64,000 bases of DNA from Candidatus Marinacidobacterales bacterium (GTDB lineage: Bacteria > Acidobacteriota > Vicinamibacteria > Marinacidobacterales > SMYC01). Every line of letters begins with the position of its first letter. Position 1 is the first letter of the stretch. Below are positions 1 through 9,092 of this stretch, piece after piece. A model generated the notes under the pieces. That model saw only the letters and a program-made list of their open reading frames with translations, had not been told where the DNA came from and did no database searches. The stretch covers positions 320,001 through 384,000 of the forward strand of contig CBDCYI010000004.1 of NCBI GenBank assembly GCA_965224085.1. The letters are read 5' to 3'. The position numbers and the translations under genes were made by a program.

Positions 1-1096
1 CCAGATACTCCGTCTTGCTCCCCCGCGGTTTCCGCTCGGTGGGAAAGGCCATCATGCCGAAGGGCTCGACCCAGATACCCCCCTCCTCACTCCGCATGGA
101 CCCCAGGTAGTCGGGCCGGGTGAAAAGATCATGCTCCTCCGCCCAGAGGCGGCTCAGAACGTCGGTGGCGTCCTTCCATTCGCTGTACTCGGCATTGGTC
201 CTCGCCGGTCGCGCCGGCGGTGTGTCGATGCCTCCATAACGAGGCAGCTGGCGGTTCTTCTGTCGCTCGAACTGTAGAAAGGCCCAGTTCCTCAGACGCT
301 CCATCTCCGCCTGCATCAGCAGCTGTTCACTGTCGTATGGGAGGACGTACACGTTTTGTACGTACCATTCGAAAGCGGGGCGACCGATGGCGTAAGGTGC
401 GCTCATCTTGTCGCGATTGGACCGGATCCACTGCTGGTACTCCTCGAGCGCCTGACCCGCCTTCTCCGCCGCGGGACCGACTTGCGAGCGGTGGGGCTCC
501 GGCACGTGGGGGCCAACGATACGGGCGAACTCGGCGTAGTTCTGACGGACGTCGGCAAGCTTCTCGACGGCCATGTCCGCCATCTCCGGGACTCCCTCCG
601 TCAGTGCTTTCGACGCCTGCTCGATGATGGCGGGGGTCGCCTCGAGCGCTCCGATGATGCCGACCGCCGTCTCGGCATCGTACGGGACGGTGACCCCCGG
701 CCCCATCTGATAGCGACCACCGATGTGCCGGGTGACACGGTTCACCGCTTCCATGGTGTAGAAATCGGGGTTGCGTGACACCTGACGGACGAGCTCGAGG
801 TCGAACTCGAGCGCGTTCATCTCCAGCTGGAGAAGCAGATAATCGACCTGCACGTGCACCGACCAGCCGCGCGGGCTGAGGGCCTTCAGTCGCTTCTTGA
901 AATCCTTCAAACCACGGCGCTGCTCCTGGACTCGCTCGACGTAATCGGGCACTTCCCCTGAGCGCGCCCCCTTCCAAGAACGGAATTCCTTGGCGAGCGA
1001 TACCAGCTCGGGTGGATGTTCCTGCTCAGACGGCGATTGCGCAACTGCCGATGTCGCAAGCAGCAAGAGCGCACAGACACTTGCTGAGATCTTCAT
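1..1096 (-). CDS. Secreted protein, 3' end outside the window (possibly DUF885-like)
   Basis: Not in the ORF track because it has no stop in the window. Manual translation from ATG 1096 (RBS AAGGAGG): MKISASVCALLLLATSAVAQSPSEQEHPPEL...EWYVQNVYVLPYDSEQLLMQAEMERLRNWAFLQFERQKNRQLPRYGG..., open to the left edge, with a signal peptide. Family call is tentative. Confidence 0.75.
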   Translation of the reverse strand, partial: MKISASVCALLLLATSAVAQSPSEQEHPPELVSLAKEFRSWKGARSGEVPDYVERVQEQRRGLKDFKKRLKALSPRGWSVHVQVDYLLLQLEMNALEFDLELVRQVSRNPDFYTMEAVNRVTRHIGGRYQMGPGVTVPYDAETAVGIIGALEATPAIIEQASKALTEGVPEMADMAVEKLADVRQNYAEFARIVGPHVPEPHRSQVGPAAEKAGQALEEYQQWIRSNRDKMSAPYAIGRPAFEWYVQNVYVLPYDSEQLLMQAEMERLRNWAFLQFERQKNRQLPRYGGIDTPPARPARTNAEYSEWKDATDVLSRLWAEEHDLFTRPDYLGSMRSEEGGIWVEPFGMMAFPTERKPRGSKTEYL

Positions 1097-1117
1097 GCGG
1101 TGCCTCCTTTTAGGGAT

Positions 1118-1383
1118 CTAACCCTTTTTGTCCCACCACGCACGGGGTTCTCTCCCGACAAGTCTAATGCCTGACAGATGACTCGGTCCAATTAATTGTT
1201 GCGCCACCCCGCCAAAGCTCGGCAGATGGCTGTTCTTCTGTCGCTCGAACTGAAGGAACGCCCAATTCCGATTCCTCTCCATCTCCCCGTGCATGAGCAA
1301 ATCATCGCTATCGAGCTGACCACGCAGCAGCTCATGCCTGGAAGCCAGCCGTGGCTCGCCTAGACCGGGACTCCCTTTGCTTG
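1118..1383 (-). pseudogene. Remnant of a paralog of the 1-1096 gene
   Basis: Encodes DSDDLLMHGEMERNRNWAFLQFERQKNSHLPSFGG, which aligns with DSEQLLMQAEMERLRNWAFLQFERQKNRQLPRYGG at about 231-335; many differences are synonymous. Confidence 0.7.
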
Positions 1384-1730
1384 GGGAATTATAAGTAAAC
1401 CTTGACAAGGCCTGCCCATTAGAATACCCTTCCCACCGTCACACGAACGCGTGCGGCTCAACTATCGGGTCACTCGCTGAATACAATACCCTCCCCATAG
1501 GGAAATAGGCGAGATCCTGCATGCTACCGCATACGTTTCGAGAATGCTCATGCGGAGATCAGCATTGTTTCTACTTATAGGTGTATTGGCTGGCTGTGGC
1601 GATGAGGGCGATAGTACACCAACGTCCCCAGCGCCGGCACCAACCACAACTCGTCAACCAACGCCAAGGCCAGCGCCAGCACCCAGACGCCCAGCCGATA
1701 TCAGCTTGGCCGGTGAATACGAATGCACTA

Positions 1731-2363
1731 CTAACCGACCACGCCCATAGGGCGTGGGTTTAGGAAGGCCCCCCCGAGGGGGCCGATGACGTTGGGAAGG
1801 CCCCGTTGGGGCCGTCTCTCGTTAACTCAGGTCGAGATCACCTTGGCGAGACTCAAGCTTTTCTTGCTCCCGGATGTACTTTCTTATTCGCTCCTCGTAA
1901 AGGCCAACCGTACTCACACAGTACCCCTTCGCCCAAAAATGCAAGCCCGTCATACGACGTTCTTTCAGCAATTCTCGGTGGATGCGTACCGCACTCTTCC
2001 CTTTCAGAAAACCGATCGTGTGAGATACGCTGTACTTGGGAGGGATGCTCATACACAGGTGGATGTGGTCCGGTTGCGCGTTGCCTTCTATCAGTTCTAC
2101 TCCTCTCTGCTCACAAAGCTCTCGAAGAATTCGCCCCACGCGACGCCGAAGGTCCCCATATAACACCCTTCTACGATACTTGGGGATGATCACCACGTGG
2201 TACTTGCATTCCCATCGCACTTGCGACAGGCTTTTCCATTCGTGCATGCAGGTTCTCCTTTCGGAGGCCCCACAGGGTCTTCCCGGAGGGGGAACCTAGC
2301 ACACGCCGGATCGCTCGAAGCTCTTCGGGTCACGCCGCCAGAGGCGGCGCGTTTATTAGCGGA
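1731..2363 (-). mobile_element. IS200-group element (tnpA only), 633 bp
   Basis: Subterminal hairpins CCACGCCC-ATA-GGGCGTGG (about 1739-1757) and CGCCGCC-AGA-GGCGGCG (about 2333-2349). Inserted 3' of TTAG on the minus strand and itself ends in TTAG; AAAC guide tetranucleotide at the foot of both hairpins. Confidence 0.85.
1822..2247 (-). CDS. tnpA: IS200/IS605-family Y1 HUH transposase
   Basis: YHVVIIPKYRR, HUH motif DHIH, LKGKS, FWAKGY and catalytic KYIREQ; 141 aa. Confidence 0.95.
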   Translation of the reverse strand: MHEWKSLSQVRWECKYHVVIIPKYRRRVLYGDLRRRVGRILRELCEQRGVELIEGNAQPDHIHLCMSIPPKYSVSHTIGFLKGKSAVRIHRELLKERRMTGLHFWAKGYCVSTVGLYEERIRKYIREQEKLESRQGDLDLS

Positions 2364-2670
2364 CTAAATTCTGCGACTCTGCCGTGTTCAGTCTTTCGTT
2401 GACGAACACGGGGGGCGTGGGAGCCAATTTGAACTTCATCCGAGGCGAGAATCGAAACTTCGAGCCAATATGGGAGTATGGCGCGGATCATTTTGTCAAT
2501 GCGTTCGGTAACAACAGGCTGGAGGCTTGGCAGCACTAAAAGCTTCACATTCAGCGCACAGCTGGGCTTCTACATCGCTATCGGATATACAGACGACCTC
2601 AGAAACAGAGGGATTGTGAGGTTCTACACCAATCCGCCGAGGTAGTGATAGAGTAGAGCCTGAAAAACAG

Positions 2671-2700
2671 AAGCCCCGGGGAATTACCCCCGGGGCTTTT
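2671..2700. terminator. Intrinsic terminator-like hairpin
   Basis: AAGCCCCGGGG-loop-CCCCGGGGCTTTT, with an A-run before and a T-run after, downstream of the lipoprotein gene. Confidence 0.7.
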
Positions 2701-2742
2701 AAATCATCACCGCGTGACAGCGCGGAGACAGGGAGAACTTCT

Positions 2743-3096
2743 GTGCTGGATTATAATGCAGACGGTCTATCGGATCAAGACATTGAAAGGCTTGCGGCTC
2801 TGATGGCAAAAGACCCTAAGTTCGCGCATGAACTGGCAGACGCAATCGCGACGAGGCTCGACGAGAAGTACGGGTTCAGGCAAGGAGAGATAATCGACGA
2901 CATCGAAAAAGTGTCGGGTAAAATCGACGGGCTGTCGTCAAAGCTCGACGCGATGGGTCACCGGTTCAGCACCCTTGAGCACAATTTTGGAGTATTCGGT
3001 CAGAAGCTAGACCTCATTGGCCGTAGGACCGAGAAGATGGATAAGCGGCTCGAACGCGTAGAGGACCGGGTCGGTAACATCAAGGTGAAGCTATGA
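2743..3096 (+). CDS. Coiled-coil hypothetical protein (passenger gene)
   Basis: 117 aa with heptad-like repeats (IDGLSSKLDAM..., MDKRLERVEDRV); GGGAG upstream. Confidence 0.7.
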   Translation: MLDYNADGLSDQDIERLAALMAKDPKFAHELADAIATRLDEKYGFRQGEIIDDIEKVSGKIDGLSSKLDAMGHRFSTLEHNFGVFGQKLDLIGRRTEKMDKRLERVEDRVGNIKVKL

Positions 3097-3284
3097 GACC
3101 ACCGATGATCATCCCCGAGCGCGACCTGGCCGGCGCCACGCCGGAGAGATTGGCCCGCGCGTTGCTGAGTCCCTTACGACCTCGCCATCGAACTGAGCCC
3201 GTTCTTGGCGACGAGGTCACGGTAGAGAAGTCGGTGTCCGACAAGCCGAGCGACGGTGTCGAGCATTTGGTCGAGAGTTCCTAG
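3093..3284 (+). CDS. Small hypothetical protein overlapping the transposase 3' end in antisense
   Basis: ATGA overlap with the preceding gene; 63 aa. Confidence 0.35.
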   Translation: MRPPMIIPERDLAGATPERLARALLSPLRPRHRTEPVLGDEVTVEKSVSDKPSDGVEHLVESS

Positions 3285-3840
3285 GTCGCGGATGTTGTGC
3301 TTCTCAGCGAACTCATTAACGTAGCGTTGTAAGTGCTTGGGGCTCATCTTGTGGAACGCCCCCTTGTGCGCCCGCTTGAGCATCGACCAGAAGCTCTCAA
3401 TCCCGTTGGTGTGCACCATTCCGTTGACGTACTCTTTGACGCTGTGCTTCACCGTCTCGTGATTGGGTAGACCGACATAGCCTCTGTGATCGTCGGTGTA
3501 GAGCTTCGCGCTAGGATCGACATTCTTCGCGACGAAGCCTTGGAGCGTCGGTTGGTCGGTGTTGCCGATGACCTCGGCGCTGACACGGTTCGTCCGGCGG
3601 TCCTTCGCGCCGATGACGGCCGTCTTCCCTGCGGATCCTCGGCCCTTAATAGCCTGCTCGCGCTTGTGGGCGTGCTGCATGTTGCGAGCCTTCCCGCCGA
3701 AGAAGGTTTCGTCTACCTCGACAGGCCCGGCGAACGATTTGCCGTTAGGACCGCTCCACGCTTCTCGAATCCCGATGGAGCATGAACCAAGCCGCGGCCT
3801 GTGAGACGCCGATGTCTCGGTGGAGCTTCATGCTCGAGAC
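3174..3840 (-). pseudogene. IS1595-family DDE transposase, N-terminally truncated and frameshifted
   Basis: VSSMKLHRDIGVSQAAAWFMLHR / frameshift at about 3771 / IREAW...GPVEVDETFFGGK...YTDD...HTNGIESFWSMLKR...HLQRYVNEF. The N-terminal Zn ribbon is absent. Confidence 0.9.
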
Positions 3841-3842
3841 GC

Positions 3843-4205
3843 GGGTTCGGCGATTTGGCGTGGCCCCACATGACGATCCGCGTGCCCTATCAAGGCCTCC
3901 GCCGCTTTTTCGAAAACGTCGCCACGCACCAGGCGCCCATTAATACTTTCGGCGGCGGTTATGGTTTCCTTCTTGCTTCCAACGCAGTCGAGTTCCACCG
4001 CACCGCCGCAGAAGTCGTCACGGCGCGGGCGGCCGGGCTCACAGGCGACCTACGCGCCCTCGTTCCCGAGCACTTCCCCTATTGCTTCGCGATGCCCCGC
4101 TACGTTCGGGATGCGCTCGACGAAGAGTTGGCTCCGCCGAGCGAGGGCAGAGCCCCGTCGCGAGGTCGACCGCGCGCACGGAGCGAGCCGCAAGCCGCGG
4201 CATAG
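3843..4205 (+). pseudogene. C-terminal fragment of spermidine synthase
   Basis: LRRFFENVATHQAPINTFGGGYGFLLASN...LTGDLRALVPEHFPYCFAMPRYVRDAL resembles the SpeE C-terminus. The N-terminus is replaced by the IS1595 remnant. Confidence 0.55.
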
Positions 4206-4410
4206 CTAGAAACATCCCGAACCAAAACGCCATCGAAACGGCTGCGATCGCCATGAACATGGCTTTGGAGGACCAACCACCGGCCGCTCCATCCCCACCG
4301 AAGTTCGTGGCCATAGGATCTGGCAGTCGTGGGTAGACGTCGATGCATTCGAGCGCGCTCATTAGGACGATCCCGAAAGCGACGCCCATTTGCCTGTAGT
4401 TGGGCTTCAT
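4039..4410 (-). pseudogene. DUF1648 (SdpI-like) membrane protein, C-terminally truncated
   Basis: YPRLPDPMATNFGGDGAAGGWSSK motif; ATGA-coupled to the ATP-grasp gene; tail runs antisense into the speE fragment. Confidence 0.6.
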
Positions 4411-5411
4411 CGGCCCTTCTCGAATGCCGTCTCCACGATCTGAGAGATGAGCTCCTCGTAAGAGAGCCCACCTTTCTCTGCGGATTCCGCAAAGTCCTCG
4501 CCGTAGGCGAGTTGAGGGTTGGGGTTCGCCTCGAGAAAGTAGACGGCGCCGTCGTCACGCAAGCGGAAATCAATCCGGCCGTACCCGCTCAGTTCTAGTA
4601 GGCGATAGATCATCCCCGCGAGATCGCTAATCTCCTTCGCCTTTGCCTCTGGCAGTTTTGCCTTGGCCGTCCGCACTCCGAGGCGCTTTTGATACTTATC
4701 GCTCCACTTGACCCGCTCAGTCGCGATCAATCGCGTAGACGGCGGCCGTTTTTTGAAGGCAAGCTCCCAGACAGGAAAGCTTCTCAGACGCTTGCCCCCG
4801 AGAATGCCGACATAGAGTTCCCGTCCTTCGATGTAGTGCTCGGCAATGGCGTCGGTCCCAATTTCTTTATGTATGTATCGCACGCGATCGCGAAGTTTGG
4901 CCTCCGTTTTCACCACTGACGCTTGTGAGATACCCACAGAGCCGTCGAAGATCAACGATTTTACGATCGCGGGAAAGGGCACGCGCTCCGCCGCGGACAC
5001 CTTCTCCCCTCGCCGGAACACTGCAAAGCTCGGCACGGCAATTCCCTCATAGGCGAGGATCTTCTTGGAAATCGCTTTGTCGCGCGCGAGCAAGAGTCCG
5101 CGCGCGTTGCATCCCGTATAGGGGATGCCCAATAGCTCGAGATGCGAAACCAGGTGTTGGTCGTTGACGGCCACGCCGTGAAAATCTTCGAGCAAGTTGA
5201 AGAGCACCTGAGGCCGGAAGCGATCGATGCCGGCTGCGAGCACACGGAGATTTGCGTGCAGCCCGACGACCTCGACCTCGTATCCCGACCGCTCGAGCGT
5301 CTCGATGACGTCATATTCCATCTTCCACTCGACATTCGTGTCGTATTGGCCCGGATCCTTCGGCGGCATCAGTTCATGGTGCACGAGCGCGAGAACACGC
5401 AGCTTCCTCAT
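4407..5411 (-). CDS. ATP-grasp ligase, D-Ala-D-Ala ligase-like family
   Basis: Start MRKLRVLALVH at 5411 (ATGA overlap). Motifs IPYTG, RDKAISK, GSVGISQ, EHYIEGRE, YGRIDFR, LEANPNP. Confidence 0.88.
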   Translation of the reverse strand: MRKLRVLALVHHELMPPKDPGQYDTNVEWKMEYDVIETLERSGYEVEVVGLHANLRVLAAGIDRFRPQVLFNLLEDFHGVAVNDQHLVSHLELLGIPYTGCNARGLLLARDKAISKKILAYEGIAVPSFAVFRRGEKVSAAERVPFPAIVKSLIFDGSVGISQASVVKTEAKLRDRVRYIHKEIGTDAIAEHYIEGRELYVGILGGKRLRSFPVWELAFKKRPPSTRLIATERVKWSDKYQKRLGVRTAKAKLPEAKAKEISDLAGMIYRLLELSGYGRIDFRLRDDGAVYFLEANPNPQLAYGEDFAESAEKGGLSYEELISQIVETAFEKGR

Positions 5412-6415
5412 ACGGGAATCCGGTAGTGCTCCTGGCGCACGTAACGAGCGACATGCACCCGCAACGCCGCCGCGATATCCGCATGCGTTGTTTTCTCGCT
5501 CCGGCACAAGCGAAGCTCGAGGGCGCGGGCGCGCGTGATCCAATCCGCGATCACGCGGTCGACCATATATCGCCGAGTTCCCGTGCTCTCTGCCACCTCG
5601 CTCTGGAGCGTGCCGCGATGTCGACGCAGAAACGCTGCTCCGGGTGCTCTCCCGCGCGTTTCCGCCGTCCCAAAGACGCGGCGAAGGTCTCGATCGTAGC
5701 GACGCGCGAAGTTCACCTTGTGCTTCCTCCTTCGCTCACGATAGTGCTCACCGAGCGTCGCCGACAACGTCGAAAGCGCGTCCGGTTCTCGCCGGTTCGT
5801 CACCTTCGGCCGACTCGCCACCTCCTCCGCCATCAACCCGTCCATATAGACAAGCTTTTCGAGAGCCGGCCACCCAGCGTAGCGCTCGCGCCAGCGTGAG
5901 GCCGGGTCCAGCCAAACGGCAAACGTCTCCGCGAAGTCGTCGTCCGGATGACACTGAGCATACCCGAGCTCGAGATGACGCACGAATTTCCGGCTGTACG
6001 GATGGGGGGCATAGGAGTCCGGATAGTCGATCTCCGAGCTCCCGAAGAGCTCGACGCGACGCTCCCGACCTCGGAGTCGATACGCATTGTCGATGGCGTG
6101 TCCCGTCTCATGTCGCACGAGCCGCAGACAGCTTCGCCGCGTTCCTCCTTCGACTCCCTGCATTCGTCTTCGCTCGAGCGCTTGCAACCGCTCGTGCGCA
6201 AGATAGAAGGGTATCGCGAAGCCCGGCACGCTGTCGGGGCAGAACCACTCGTCCGAAAGCCACACATGCGGTTCGAAGTCGAACCCGCGGGCCCCGAGCT
6301 CGCCGCGGACCACCGCCAGGCACTCGAGCAGCAACTCTCTTTCTATACCAAGTTCGAGGTCTTGGAGGCGAACCCTCATGAGCTCTCGGTCGGAGAGCGC
6401 GAGCCAATGCTTCAT
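5408..6415 (-). CDS. Putative zinc-binding metallopeptidase (zincin, Peptidase_Mx-like)
   Basis: HETGH (HExxH), SDEWFCPD, YAQCHPDDDFAETFAVWL. Alternative start at 6427. Confidence 0.85.
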   Translation of the reverse strand: MKHWLALSDRELMRVRLQDLELGIERELLLECLAVVRGELGARGFDFEPHVWLSDEWFCPDSVPGFAIPFYLAHERLQALERRRMQGVEGGTRRSCLRLVRHETGHAIDNAYRLRGRERRVELFGSSEIDYPDSYAPHPYSRKFVRHLELGYAQCHPDDDFAETFAVWLDPASRWRERYAGWPALEKLVYMDGLMAEEVASRPKVTNRREPDALSTLSATLGEHYRERRRKHKVNFARRYDRDLRRVFGTAETRGRAPGAAFLRRHRGTLQSEVAESTGTRRYMVDRVIADWITRARALELRLCRSEKTTHADIAAALRVHVARYVRQEHYRIPV

Positions 6416-6462
6416 GTTCCAGAGCACGCATTCTAACGCACGTCTGTTACAATCGCGCTCCC

Positions 6463-7206
6463 GTGGAGGTTCGAGACTACCTGGAGCGCATCAATATCAA
6501 TGCCATCGCCGATGGGGCGCCCTCCATCGAAACGCTGACCTATCTCCATGAACAACACCTGTTCTTCGTGCCCTTCGAGAACCTCGATATCCACCAAGGC
6601 GTTGCCATCGTTGTCGACCCGCGCGCCATTCTCGACAAAATCGTCCGCCGCCGCGGCGGGTTCTGCTACGAGCTCAACTCTGCTTTCGCCTGGCTTGTGC
6701 GAGAGCTCCGCTTCGACGTCACGATTTTGAGCGCAGAGGTCGCTCGGCCCGGAGGAGAGTTCGATTTACCGTTTGGCCACGTGACTCTCCGGGTCGACAT
6801 CGACGGTCGGTCCTGGTTGGCCGATGTCGGCTTCGGTGAATCCTTCATTCAGCCTCTCCCTCTCGCTCCCGACCCGCCCTCCGATGACGGCTACCGATTG
6901 ACGCGTCACGAAGCTGCCTGGCACTTGGAAAAAGACGACGAGGCGAAATACCGTTTCACTCTGGAGCCGCGCCGGATTGCCGATTTCGAGCCTGGCTGCC
7001 ATCACCACCAGACATCATCCGAATCCCCTTTCACTCGAAAAGTCGTCACGACGCGCGCGACTCCCAACGGACGCGTGACCCTGACTCCCGAGCTATGCAT
7101 CGTCCACGAGAACGGCAAGCGTAGCGAGACACCCGTGAACGACGAAGCCGAGTGGCGCTCGGCGCTCGAAAGCTACTTCGGCATCGTGCTGGAGCCGCCT
7201 TCATGA
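6463..7206 (+). CDS. Arylamine N-acetyltransferase
   Basis: VPFENLD, RRGGFCYELN (catalytic Cys), His and DVGFG complete the triad. Confidence 0.93.
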   Translation: MEVRDYLERININAIADGAPSIETLTYLHEQHLFFVPFENLDIHQGVAIVVDPRAILDKIVRRRGGFCYELNSAFAWLVRELRFDVTILSAEVARPGGEFDLPFGHVTLRVDIDGRSWLADVGFGESFIQPLPLAPDPPSDDGYRLTRHEAAWHLEKDDEAKYRFTLEPRRIADFEPGCHHHQTSSESPFTRKVVTTRATPNGRVTLTPELCIVHENGKRSETPVNDEAEWRSALESYFGIVLEPPS

Positions 7207-9092
7207 AGCGATCGTTTCTCCTTTTCACATTCTCAATCCTGCCCGCGCTCGCCTCCGCGCAGATTGAGCTTCGTGTCGAGGTTCCGAGCGTCGTTCTGGC
7301 CGGCGTGCCGTTCACGATCACCGTCCAGCCCGTCACTGCGGAAGGTGGCGTCGCCCCTGGATATAGCGCGCAGCTTTCCGTGACCGGTTTGTCCGAGGGC
7401 CGTTTCGACGGTCTCTCGATCGAGCGCGCTGTCGTCGGCACGACCGGTCGTCACACCGTCCGCGTTCAGGACAAAACGCTGTCCGCCGAGGTGGAGCTCC
7501 GCGCGATCCCGGCTGTTTTCAGCATTCTGCCGCCGCTTTTCGCCATCACTTTCGCGCTGATCTTCCGTCAAGTGATCGTGTCGCTGATCGCCGGCATCTG
7601 GCTCGCTGCCACTTTTGTAGCTGACTACAACGTCGTCGCCGGATTTTTCGACGTCCTCACGAAATACGTCATCAATGCTGTTACCACGACGAACCAGGCC
7701 CAAATTCTTGTCTTTAGTCTCCTGTTCGGCGGCATGGTCGGGGTCATCACGAAAAACGGCGGCGCGCGGGGCCTCGCGGATTTGATCACGCGTTTCGCGA
7801 AAGGGGCCAAAGGAGGCCAGCTCTCCGTCATGGTCATGGCGCTCGTTATGTTCTTCGACGACTATGCCAACGTGCTCGTCCGCGGCAACTTGATGCGGCC
7901 CATTACCGACAAGCTGCGCATCTCCCGCGAGAAACTCTCGTTTCTCGTCGATACGGGCGCCGCCTCTGTCGCGAGCACCGCGATCGTATCGACTTGGATC
8001 GGCTACGAGCTCGGTCTCATTGCGCCGGGGCTCGAGCTCATCGGCTCGTCCGAAGACGCGTTCAGCATGTTCATCCGGACGATCCCCTACCGTTTCTATC
8101 CCCTCTTAGCGCTCGTTTTCGCCTTCATGATTTCCGCGACCGACCGTGACTTCGGCCCCATGCTCAAGGCCGAGAGGCGAGCGCGGCTCGAAGGCAAAGT
8201 GATGCGCGACGGGGCGGAGCCCGCGACCGAGATCCTCGAAGACGAAGAGGACGCCGCGCGTCCCTCGAGCTGGGTGAACGGTCTTGCGCCCATCGTCAGT
8301 ATCCTTGTCGTCGCCTTATCCGGTATCTACATCACGGGCGTTCGGGAGCTCGATGGGGCTTCGGGCACGAGTCTCAAAGACATCGTCGGCGCTTCCGATT
8401 CCTACGTTGCTCTTCTCTGGGCCTCGCTTTCGGGCTGCAGCGTCGCGATCGTTCTTGCCGTCGGGCGACGCGTGCTCACGTTGAGCCAGGCCTTTGCCGC
8501 TTGGATCCAAGGCCTGAAGTCTATGATGATGGCCGTCGTCATTCTCGTCCTGGCGTGGTGTATCGGCGCGGCGACGACCGAGCTTCACGCCGCGAGTTAC
8601 CTCGTCCAGGTTTTGGAAGGCGCTCTCCATCCCGCGTGGCTTCCCGTGCTGACCTTCGTAATCGCCGCGGCGATGGCCTTCGCGACCGGGTCGAGCTGGG
8701 CCACGATGGCGATCATGATGCCGCTTGTGATCCCGCTCGCGGACGCTTTGGGCCGGAGTGCGGGGCTTGCTCCGGAGCGGGTCGACACCATCCTTGTCGG
8801 TGTTATCAGCTCCGTCCTCGCGGGAGCTGTTTTCGGCGACCACTGTTCGCCCATCTCGGACACGACCATTCTGAGCTCGATGGCCTCCGCCGCCGATCAC
8901 ATCGACCACGTGCGGACGCAGCTGCCCTACGCTCTCGTGGTCGCGATCGTCGGCATGCTCATCGGCGATATACCTACCGCCTATGGTCTCTCCCCTTGGA
9001 TTTCGATCGTCCTCGGGAGCGGCATTCTGCTGGCGGTCTTGTTCTTCTACGGCAAGCCCGTCGAGATAGCGCCACAAGGAGAGGCAGTATGA
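7203..9092 (+). CDS. NhaC-family Na+/H+ antiporter with N-terminal exported domain
   Basis: Start MKRSFLLF (ATGA overlap). Motifs FFDDYAN, SREKLSF, FATGSSW, FGDHCSPISDTT, HIDHVRTQLPY. Confidence 0.92.
   Translation: MKRSFLLFTFSILPALASAQIELRVEVPSVVLAGVPFTITVQPVTAEGGVAPGYSAQLSVTGLSEGRFDGLSIERAVVGTTGRHTVRVQDKTLSAEVELRAIPAVFSILPPLFAITFALIFRQVIVSLIAGIWLAATFVADYNVVAGFFDVLTKYVINAVTTTNQAQILVFSLLFGGMVGVITKNGGARGLADLITRFAKGAKGGQLSVMVMALVMFFDDYANVLVRGNLMRPITDKLRISREKLSFLVDTGAASVASTAIVSTWIGYELGLIAPGLELIGSSEDAFSMFIRTIPYRFYPLLALVFAFMISATDRDFGPMLKAERRARLEGKVMRDGAEPATEILEDEEDAARPSSWVNGLAPIVSILVVALSGIYITGVRELDGASGTSLKDIVGASDSYVALLWASLSGCSVAIVLAVGRRVLTLSQAFAAWIQGLKSMMMAVVILVLAWCIGAATTELHAASYLVQVLEGALHPAWLPVLTFVIAAAMAFATGSSWATMAIMMPLVIPLADALGRSAGLAPERVDTILVGVISSVLAGAVFGDHCSPISDTTILSSMASAADHIDHVRTQLPYALVVAIVGMLIGDIPTAYGLSPWISIVLGSGILLAVLFFYGKPVEIAPQGEAV

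Larger units (their letters stand above)
1544..2645 (+). pseudogene. Lipoprotein gene interrupted by IS200 and a +1 frameshift
   Basis: Lipobox LAGC and a Pro/Thr linker. Removing 1731-2363 restores the frame ECTTKFCDSAVFSLSLTNTGGVGANLNFIRG; an extra T at 2527-2528 shifts to ...GYTDDLRNRGIVRFYTNPPR* ending at 2645. Confidence 0.75.
1384..3840 (-). mobile_element. Truncated IS1595-family element (ISNwi1-like) with passenger genes
   Basis: GGGAATTAT at 1384-1392 fits the ggnnatTAT end recalled for the ISNwi1 group. IS1595 transposase remnant at 3174-3840; the other end is missing. Confidence 0.5.

Noticed and set aside
231-1313. DGR-like template/variable repeat pair
   Set aside because: Differences are not adenine-specific, many are synonymous, and no reverse transcriptase is in the window.
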